From positions 3,224,001 through 3,288,000 of the forward strand of contig OZ037766.1 in NCBI GenBank assembly GCA_964035545.1: a DNA stretch of 64,000 bases, read 5' to 3'. Under the pieces are notes generated by a model. It was given only the letters and a program-made list of their open reading frames with translations, searched no databases and was not told where the DNA came from. Made by a program: the position numbers and the translations under genes. Shown piece by piece: positions 53,761 to 64,000 of this stretch (its first letter is position 1; each line of letters starts with the position of its first letter). Source of the stretch: Bugula neritina (Eukaryota > Animalia > Bryozoa).

Positions 53761-56486
53761 TATTTTAATTACTGCAACAGGCCAATAATGTTCCAATTTC
53801 CTTATCACCAACAGCCTTAATACTTCAATCAAATGTAGACAAGACTTGGTGCTCATCAGCTAAATAATGATGCAAATTATAATCCAACTATAATCTTTCT
53901 CCCAGTGCTGAGGATCAGGCTACCTGCAATATCAGACTCATGGATTCTGCTAAATAAGAACCAAGAAAGGATACTTAGTGCATAGCTTAAGGAAGCCATA
54001 CTTGCCGAGTCATTTAGGTAGACTTTGCTGTATCATAAGGACACACATATATTTCTTATAAACATATCTGATACTTTAAGTTAATATTATATACCCAAGT
54101 AAAGACTAAACAGTTTGTTTTATCAAGAATATCTCGCAAAAAATGTATACAGTATCTCATAATTAACAACAAAAATAATATTACTGGCCATAATTATAAG
54201 ATGCTATATTTTATATTAAATTAATATTATGCAATGTGTACCATTGAATCAATAATTTTTCGTTTAATCTTTTGAGAACTAAAATCAATCATAATATGTC
54301 TTTTCAGTCACATATGATACATAAGTAGCTAAAGTGCACCTTAGTAATGCTATACTTTCTAAAGCTATATATGCTGGTATGAAGTTGCTAGAATTTTCAC
54401 ATGTGTTCTGCATGGCTTTTTTTATAAATTAGACTGCATAAAAACTACTTAAGCAGAATGTAATATGATTATAATATATTTCGAAATATTATATTACAGT
54501 TAATCTTTTTCTAGATCTTAGTATTATGAGTCAGAATAAACTAAAACAGCATAATTCTTGAACTTGTAGTTGGACAAACTAGCAATCTAAAGTGATCTTA
54601 AGATACAGCAGTCAAAAGAGCTTGTAGTTCAAAAACATTTATGTAGGCCTAATTAAAAGTTCGCAGTAAAACCATGATTTAAACAAGGCAGTCTTTTTGT
54701 TTAATTGATTTCATTTGCATAAATTTATATTTTTGTTTTAAATTACATAAACTAATATGTCACTAAATTATTCTATGTGTAAAAAATATTCAAATACTAA
54801 AAATATTTCAAGCATTTATAATAAAAGACATTAGGCTAAAAGTTTTACGGTCATACAGTTTAAATTGGTAAGAGATCTATTCAAACTCACAAAAAAATCA
54901 TTTTAATTTATTTAGTACACATCAACAAGTTAGGACCAAAATTAAAGTTTGCTCAAAATTTATTGTAAGAATTTACTACATATATATGGGGTAATTTTAT
55001 GTGCTGATTCTAACTATACATAGCAAGATAAGAGTTAGTAATGAGGAGTCCTGCAACGTATTAAAGCGCAACATTCTTGTCATATATGAGCTAAATATAT
55101 AATAAACTGACCGTGATGGTTTTTCATTTGGAAATACTAAATTTTATCAACAATTATTACAAAAACTACATAAGATTATGCAAATTATATTAATGCATAA
55201 AGAAAATTTCTATTTTTGTCAAAATATAATTTTCATCATTAAAGTTTTATATTTTAATTTTATATATATAATGAAGAACTTCCTTAAATATGACAAAAAC
55301 TTTTTTCTGTTGCTTTTCAAGCAGATTGTTTGACTACCGGTTCAAGATGTTTATATACAGATTTAATTTAGTCTTAGTACTAAGTGCTATAAGTATACTA
55401 ATTTCTTATTGGTCTAGAACAAGATTAATTATAATACCCTACGTCATATGATATATTATAATCTCATTACACTATGTCATAAACAGTGAGACGACATATT
55501 TAGCATTTCTAATTTCTATGCAATCTAGTACAAAAATAAGTACATTTGCATGTTAAAAATATCCAAGTAGTATAACATTAATTAAAGTAACATATATTGG
55601 AATTTAAACTTTTATTTCAAAATTGAATATTTTTTTCTGCATGCAAATCACGTTGTGGTAGAACTTGAAAACAAAAGTTTATTTTTTATTCGAAAGTTTT
55701 TTTAGTACTTGCTTAAAAAAAGTGTAATCATTTTTTAAGTTGTATTTGCCTATAAAATCTCAGATATGTTTATTTTCAGTAACATGTGTGCTGCTGTGTG
55801 TAGCTGTAAACATTTTAAATTAGACTAATCAATATATCTAGCCAGCTATAAGTAAAATAATTTTTTTGAAATTCAGTGGTAATAATATGGTGAACAAATT
55901 TAATAATTGAAGTTTGATTTATTTTAATCTCTATAAGTTTGTGCTGTTAAAATACACTCAAACAACATATGTACACATAATATATTATAGAAAGGCATTG
56001 ATATAATAATTGTTAATGTTATTTGGAGTCAGTTATGTGAATATTGTATATATATACTTTTTGTATAATATTATTGATGAAAAAAATTTTCAGCCTGTAC
56101 TTATATCTATAACAATAGCCTAAAACATTGAATCTTTTTTAGACAAAGTTTTGTTACAATACAGAAAAGTCTGCTTAAATGACTCAGCAAGTTTGACATC
56201 CAACAATCTGTGCACTAAGTATCTTGTTTTGCTTTTTATTTAGCAAAATGAATGATTCTTATATTGCAGGTAGCCTGATTAATAATACTGAGAGAAAGAT
56301 TAGCTTATAGATTATAATTTTTACATCACTATTTATAGCTGAGCTCATGAGCACCAAGTCTTGTCTGCATTTGATTGAAATATTAAAGCTAATGATGATA
56401 AGCAAATTATTACAGCATTTTTGGCTTCTTGCAAATAGTAGAATAGCTGTAAGATGATCCAATGGCGGGTAAGTTAATTTCACATA

Positions 56487-56574
56487 GCTACGTCATGAGA
56501 TTAGGGTATGACTTTAAAATATCAACAGGTTCAGAAGGTATAAAAAAGGCTCGAGTCTGTTTCATTTCATCAAA
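56487..56574 (+). promoter_or_regulatory. Core promoter of C3
   Basis: GCTACGTCAT 56487-56496, TATAAAA 56539-56545, TCA initiator-like sequence near 56570. Confidence 0.7.
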
Positions 56575-57121
56575 TGCTTTATTGACTTGAACACTTCAAC
56601 ACAGCCAGCCTCAAGGTAAGAACTTTTTTTGTTAATATTAATTTAGCAATTTGAATACATTATAGGAGTAGAACTAAAATAAAAAAAATGATAAGAAAGA
56701 ATATGAACCAATGTGCGTTAGTTTTATTATTTAGTAATGCTAGAAAATAAACTATGTTCCCAATCGTTTTTATTGCGAAAAACATTATACAAGTTTATAT
56801 TTTTATTTTAAATGCATATTAAAACCATAAACAGTGGTATAAAATTATCAACAAATAGTTAGTTTTATTCTTAAAAATATTTAAAACTTAAACAATATTC
56901 TATGACCATGTGTTGTGCAAATTTATTTTCTTGCATTAATAGAGTGTTCTGTAAACTTCAAGTCAATAAGAAAAGTAACAACGTTTATTAAGGAGTAAAA
57001 ATATTTTGGTTTTTTTAAAGTAATTCGTGAATGCAAAAATTTAAAACTTGAAATTTTGCAATAAAAAAAATTTTGCTATAGACTTTTATTCTATGTATAT
57101 TGTAGAAATTCAACTGTAAAC

Positions 57122-57364
57122 ATGAAGGTAATTGCAATTCTATTGGCCGTCTGCCTTTCACTCGTTTCTGCTATCTACTACCCAAACCACAACTACCATA
57201 ATAAGGGCTATGGACCTTCCAACTATGGTTACTATGGACCATCTAACTATGGTTACTATGGTAACCAAAACAATGGCCACGGACCCTATGGGTACTACAA
57301 CAACCACAACAAACATCATCCAAAGACTGGTTTTTCTGGCTCTAATTTTAGTTTTGGAAAATAA
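57122..57364 (+). CDS. Secreted Tyr/His/Gly/Asn-rich peptide, subfamily C (C3), 80 aa
   Basis: Intact ORF. TATAAAA 56539-56545, intron 56616-57105 (GTAAGA...TGTAG), 3'UTR intron 57397-57699 (GTGAGT...TGCAG), AATAAA 57866-57871. Confidence 0.93.
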   Translation: MKVIAILLAVCLSLVSAIYYPNHNYHNKGYGPSNYGYYGPSNYGYYGNQNNGHGPYGYYNNHNKHHPKTGFSGSNFSFGK

Positions 57365-60351
57365 ACCATCCTTGAAATGGCAGTATACTGCCCTGAGTGA
57401 GTGTTACCTCATTTAACTAATATTTTACAGTGTATTGAGCTGGACTGGGATGTATAATTGATGTAGTAGAAACCTATAATTAATAGCATGAATTTATTGC
57501 TACTAGTGCTGAATACACTATTGTGTCTGCAAAATATTCATGCAAGTTGAAAAAGTCACATTAGTACGTTTCTTAACAATAATATCGATACATAAATTAA
57601 CAATTTTATTATGACTTCAGTCCGCAGCAATAACTTCGTCCTGATGCTTACTCTAATATTGTGCAACATATTAATTTTTCTTTTTAATTTATTTTGCAGG
57701 TAACTCCTGATGTTGAAACCTGGATCTCCTTATTCTTCTAATTTGTCATAACTACGTAAATTTTAAAGCTTCTTTGTTATAAAATATGTTTAAATTGCTG
57801 CTCCATTTGCACTATGTTGTTATATCTTTTAATTATGAAACTTTCAGCTCTATTTCTGTAACTTTAATAAACTATAAATATTTTATAAAAGTAATTTTTT
57901 TTTTTAAAACACTTTTTAACAAACAGAGCGCTTTATAATAATAGCATTGCAAACTTATATAGATGAAAGAATACAGACCTATAAATATTTCAATATATTC
58001 ATAAATAACTTAATTAACTTACAAACCTTGGTGTTTCTAGCAACACTGACTAAATAGCAGAGCAATATATATAATAATTAAACTCGAAAACTTTCTAGGA
58101 CTTTTAAAATTTAATCTTATACATGGTATATAATAAAAGCATCGGCTGGTATTGTCATCAGCTTGGAGTTGTTCCTTCAATGTTATTGATTTTAAGTCAG
58201 CTTTAGGAGTTGAAGTTTTCTGAAATGCAATGTTTATTAACAACAACATATGATTTTAACTAATATTACATTAATCTATACTGTATACAGTTTAGATTAA
58301 TATAATATAATATATTATATATAAAATAATACATATAACTTCTTGTATGCTTCCTGAAACATTCTAAAGGTGGGCTCTAGCTAGAGTTATGAAGTTTTAA
58401 AAATAAGTTTTGCAAAACAACATTAGAACATATTATAACAATCAACTTTCCTACAGAACTATCAACTTTTTATAATCTTACATTTGTCACTGAAATTATT
58501 ACATAGTTTGTTGAAATTAGTATATCATTATATAATCGTTCTTATAGATGCAGACCTCATTCTAAAATTTTCAATTTGCTAGATCTCAGTTTTAGTTATT
58601 TTTATATTTTTTGTCATCAAAGATTAAATTAACTCTATATATGATCATAAAACATTATTCATCAGTGATCTCATATGTGAACAAAATTGTATAGTTTGTT
58701 TTAACACAACAATTAAAATTAGTGATGCATTTCAATGTTTAATATTATATTATTAAGCTACATCAATCACTTATGGTGCTGTTCTAGGATAATGCAGTAA
58801 ATTGAGACTTGCTATATTTAATTTATTTTTGATGCAATATTGCGTCTTGAAGTGAAATTTGCACAAGTTTTTATAATCATTATCTTACAGATTCTGCTAA
58901 TGCATATAAACAAAGTTTATAGTTAATTCCTCAATTGCATTGCAATTATGTGAGCCTTAATATTATATCTTTTTCAAAAATATTCTAATTTCTAGCTTTT
59001 GTGTTGTTCTTTATCAGTTGTTAAAAACATAAAAAGTGCTAATTGTAAAACAGTTAAATGCATGATATATTGCATTGTATAATTTGCTCTAAATTCAAAT
59101 GTAATTATTTAAAAACTGTGAATAAAAAAACAAATCTTGTCAATTTAACTCTGCATGGGTTCTTTTAGCTAAAAATTGTATTCTTTATAGCATTTATAAT
59201 AATAGAGCTCATCATCAAAAGACCCTATAGGAGGTGTAAAAATAGAAGTAGCTATTTCATTGGAAATTCCATAGAAGCTTATATTCCAAAAATATTTTTG
59301 TTGGTAATTCTGGTGAATAGATTCTACCACTGAAGCACTTGTGTTTATATATCTTTTAATAATTTTATATTTTAGCTGAAATAATGATGTTCAAATTTTT
59401 ATATGTATCTAAAAGCAAAGCCTTGCAGCTTGAGCTTGCAAAGTAGATTATAGTGCTTAAATTTATTAAGACTCTATAGCAGAAATTGTGACATGAAAAA
59501 ATTAATAAGACATATATTTGTTATTTTGATATCTCTTAGAACGGATGATTTTTTATAATTTCATACGAATCACATGACTTGTCTATTTTGTTATCTAAGC
59601 AAAGTATTTCCTGATGATCGGCTCTTATTTTGGGATTTCTTCTGTCACATTCTAATCCAAATAATCTCTCAATTTTGCTGATCGTGCTTCCTGAAGTGGT
59701 GGCATGCAAGCACACTCCGTGATCAGCTTTACGGGAGTTATCTTTGCTGAGTCATCCAGGTAAATCTTTTTACATCATCAAAACTCTTCCCTAGCAACAC
59801 AGTCTCTGAGATTTTGGAATATTCCTCCATTACCAGATCTTTATAATTTCTATACTATGGAACTCTGGGAAAAATGTTTAATTTGCTATAGGCATAAGAA
59901 CTATTATTCATATTATATTATAATATACTAAAATAAACATGTTATTATGTATGTGTACAAACATCTCAACAGATCAAACAACATTTAACTCCATCCACAT
60001 AACACCACTACTTAACTGCAATTATAAAAATGTGCAAAAAACCAAGTAAAAAGACTTTAAATTAGTTATACATTTATCTTTAAATAAGTTTAACAATTAC
60101 CACTATTCCAAATCACACATTTGGATAAGAATATAATACATTAATAATTGTTTACCTTTTGCAGTTTATGCTGCATTCAGTAATAATTGCGTCAATTTGG
60201 CAGTTTATGCTGTGTTCAGCTATACATTTTATTATTTCTGCACCTTATATGGCAGCTCAATAAACAAGACTGATAAAACAGCTTTAGATCTTCAATATCG
60301 TGAGTTTGATACGACATAACATATATGATGAATAAATAAATAAATAAATAA

Positions 60352-60785
<434 letters not shown>

Positions 60786-62335
60786 TTATATTTGTTTCAG
60801 CAACATTATTAATTGATACTGCATCATTGCAAGTGTAAAATAAAGTAATTTTGTTTGAAGAAAACACAACTCTAACAATAAAGATACTCAATAGATAGTT
60901 ATTAAAACTGGTTTGGCTTAAATATAAACCTAAATTTTGAAAAACCTCTAGAAAAAGCTCCTTAAAGCAGTTGTCTACTGCTGTAGATAATTTTACAAGA
61001 TAACACAATTCTTTTGTGCAAGCAGCAATATTAGTTTGCAAATAAAATCTGGAGCTTTTAAACATATAATGCACTTTTTAAAGCATGAAGTTAGGTTAAA
61101 TATTTTTCGCAAATCCATAAATTTTGTTTAGCTGTGCAGCATGTCTATGAATTCTAAATCGTTTATAGAGCTACAATACATATTAAGTCTTTATCATTTT
61201 ATTTGACTTTAAATAGGACTATACAATTTGTATAATTGTGCTGGCACACATCATTATTTCTAAAATATCTTTCCTATTGTTTTTTTAGATTTTGGCTCAA
61301 GAAACTCATATGCTTTAATTCTCAATATACTTCATTTATCTGCAAATTTTTTAGTTGTGGTTGGTATATATATAGAAAATTGTTCTATTTACTTGATAGC
61401 TATATATAGTAATCTGTCTTAAAATGGCAGGTGTAATGAGTGTCAAATAAACAAGTAATTAAATAACAATGAATACATTTACTCAAACTAAATATACAAT
61501 CTGCACATATAATTTTGACTATAGAAAAAAACACGTATCACTGCTACAATTATATTTAGTATACTAAAAGCAATTGTTTTCATTGCTAAACTAGAATACT
61601 CAATAAAGCGTTTTTCATGAAACACCTGCTAATTTATTCTTATTTCACAGCTACCGTAAACCCCAATCTGGAACAGGTAGATATATATTATATGCAAAGT
61701 ACAAGAACTTAAACACACTAGTGCAATAGCTCCATAATATTATTATGGTAACAATAAGGTAGATCAATAATTGAAATGAGCAGAAATTTATTTGGATAAA
61801 TTTTATTGAAAATAACAATCAACAAGATAACTAAACAAAAAACAAACTTTCAACCAACATTTTTAAAATTATCAAGCAACAATGTAACAATTAGTTAAAG
61901 CAAATTGTGTAGTTGTCAGGATCCTCAGGCAGCATCGGTTCTTCAAAGTCAGCATTCCTGCATAAAGCAGAAAAAATTATAAACCACATTTTTTATGAAT
62001 AAATGCAAATATGATTTTGTTATTCAACTATAATAATTATGATATTTCATGAAAAAGATGAATTTTTTATAACTTTTTCTCAATATAGAATTATTTCAGC
62101 TGTAACTAGAGCAGAAAATGTGAAGCCTTGATGAGTCTAAAAGAGTTTGATATTATTGGAATAAATATATATCAAATTAAATTGAATAATTGAAATTGAA
62201 ATAAAATTGAATAATTAATTATAATCACCCAATAATAACTGTATATGCGTGCATATATATTATACAATAATATTGTATAGCAAACCCTTTCATTTATAAA
62301 TGTTACTTACATTTATCAGGTTTTAAAACAAAAAT

Positions 62336-62545
62336 TTATCCTCTGTAATAATAGCTACCGCGTCTCCTGTGTGTGTTGTGGTATCCCCTGTTGTTATAGG
62401 ATCTGTAGCTGTTGTAACCCCTGTTGTAGTTGTTGTAGCGTCTGTAGCTAGATGGCCTGTAGCTGTTGTAGCGGTAGTTGTTGTAACGGTAAGCAGCTGA
62501 GGCAAGCACAAGGCAGACAGCCAATAGGATTGCAATGACCTTCAT
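62336..62545 (-). CDS. Secreted Tyr/Arg/Asn-rich cationic peptide, subfamily D (D2), 69 aa
   Basis: Protein identical to D1. TATAAAA 63268-63274, donor 63196-63201, acceptor 62562-62563, 3'UTR donor 62305-62310, acceptor 61958-61959, AATAAA 61802-61807. Confidence 0.93.
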   Translation of the reverse strand: MKVIAILLAVCLVLASAAYRYNNYRYNSYRPSSYRRYNNYNRGYNSYRSYNNRGYHNTHRRRGSYYYRG

Positions 62546-63239
62546 GTTTACAGTTGGAAGTCTAAAACACAATAAATAAAAGTTGATACAGTGAACGAAA
62601 CAGGTTATATTTCTCATAATTAATTATTAAAAATAATGGCTTGTAGCTGGAACTGTTAGGCCAATACATTAGTGTTAGAGTTGGATTCCAAATATATTAA
62701 CTAAACTCTATAATCAGAAGTTATAAACCCAATTAATATTTTTTTAATTTTGTAGCCAGACTGTGGTATTTGCGCAGTTAAGAGTTTTATTTAAAAAGTT
62801 GTTTATTTGAAAGCTGCTTTTAAAAATTTATTCAATCAAATTATTATTATTAAATCCTTGCAAATTTGCTGTGCTAAAAGCTACCTTCATTAGAAAAAAA
62901 TTAACTCCTATAGATTGAAACAATTATATTGCACTCATTTATAATGCATCTCTATAAGTGAAACAAGTATATAACTTACATGCAATGCCTTAAATATGAC
63001 TATACAGTACAACGGAAACATAACATTATTTCATTGTTGCTTATATGCATGAATATTATAATTATTTTCTTATGAAACAAACTAAATCTTTTATTTTTTA
63101 ACGTATAAAAAGAAATACATTTTGAATTTTTTTAAATACACTCCAAAAAATATTCTAATAAAAAAATTAAAAGAAATATATATATATAACCGATAGCTCA
63201 CCTTGGAGAATGATGCTGTAGTAAAACAAGTATAAAACT

Positions 63240-63324
63240 CTATGAAAGCTTTTGAAAATTTCTCTCTTTTTATACTTCTTTCAAACAGGACACACTACTT
63301 TCTAATTAACCTAAATGACTTGCC
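63240..63324 (-). promoter_or_regulatory. Core promoter of D2
   Basis: ATGACTTGCC 63315-63324, TATAAAA 63268-63274. Confidence 0.7.
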
Positions 63325-64000
63325 AAAATGTAGGAATTGTTTATTGTTTCCTATTTGTGTTCTTGCATAAATTAGTTTTACTAATTGAAAGTACACATCG
63401 GCAATGTTGGCAATACACTAATCCTGTCATCAATGTCTATAAACATGGCCAGGTGACTGCAGACGGGCCGGCGTTAATAGCCAAATGCGGCATTTCTTAC
63501 TCATCAGCTTGTCTGTCTCTGCATCTTTTTAACAGAAGCACAAAGGTTTTGAAATGTCAACTCTAATTGATTTGTTTATTTCGCATATCCTAGTGTATAT
63601 CAACATATATACGTTCTTTTGATAGTTTAGCTTTCCAACCTAAAACAACATAATAAGTAATAAAATCAGTATTATATAGAAGTGGCTACCTAATTGATAC
63701 ATCTATGGCATTGATGCGTGTGAGCTTTGCATATATTGCTAAATTGCATTTTTGGCTTATTAAGGAACGCTTGTCTGTATTATTTACTCCTGCTGATCAG
63801 ATTAAACGTAACTTTTCTCTGAACAGATGCGTCTCCAAAATTGGCATATTATAGTTTAAGAGAAATCCTGCATAAAAAATTAGAACTCTTCTAACACTTT
63901 ATACTGTACTATGACTGTATCAGGTAACTTTTATAACATAATATACTTACGAAGATTTTAGATTGAAGATGCAAGTAGATTGTTTATTGATAGCGTTTTT

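Larger units (their letters stand above)
51700..58550. repeat. Diverged inverted duplication holding C2 (-) and C3 (+) head-to-head
   Basis: 51830-51885 (TTTTAAAACTTCATAACTCTA) matches the reverse complement of 58345-58405; promoters, introns and exon 3 also match in opposite orientation; centre about 55100. Confidence 0.8.

Overview
AT-rich eukaryotic (most likely invertebrate animal) genomic DNA. The taxon cannot be fixed from the sequence. The window is dominated by a tandem and inverted cluster of 13 intact genes plus 2 pseudogenes for small secreted peptides. All intact genes share a nearly invariant 17-aa signal peptide (MKVIAILLAVCL-xL-xx-A). It is followed by a 52-64 aa mature region that is about 20-32% Tyr, rich in Asn/Arg/Gly/Ser (or His/Gly/Pro), Cys-free and almost free of acidic residues. 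Four subfamilies: A (YNRGL repeats, 3 genes), B (RRYN/YRP, 5 genes), C (His-rich YGPSNYG, 3 genes), D (Arg-rich, ends YYYRG, 2 genes). Each gene has the same predicted 3-exon layout: TATA box and initiator about 32 bp apart, a short non-coding exon 1, a single coding exon 2, an intron starting 13-36 nt after the stop, and a 3'UTR exon 3 with AATAAA. Each promoter carries an RTGAC-core (ARE/CNC-Maf-like) motif 34-50 bp upstream of the TATA box. Composition resembles DOPA-precursor adhesive/sclerotising proteins such as mussel foot protein-3, or cationic antimicrobial peptides; that function is inference. The rest consists of segmental and inverted duplications, several palindromes, a tRNA-derived remnant and long (TA)n/(CA)n microsatellites.
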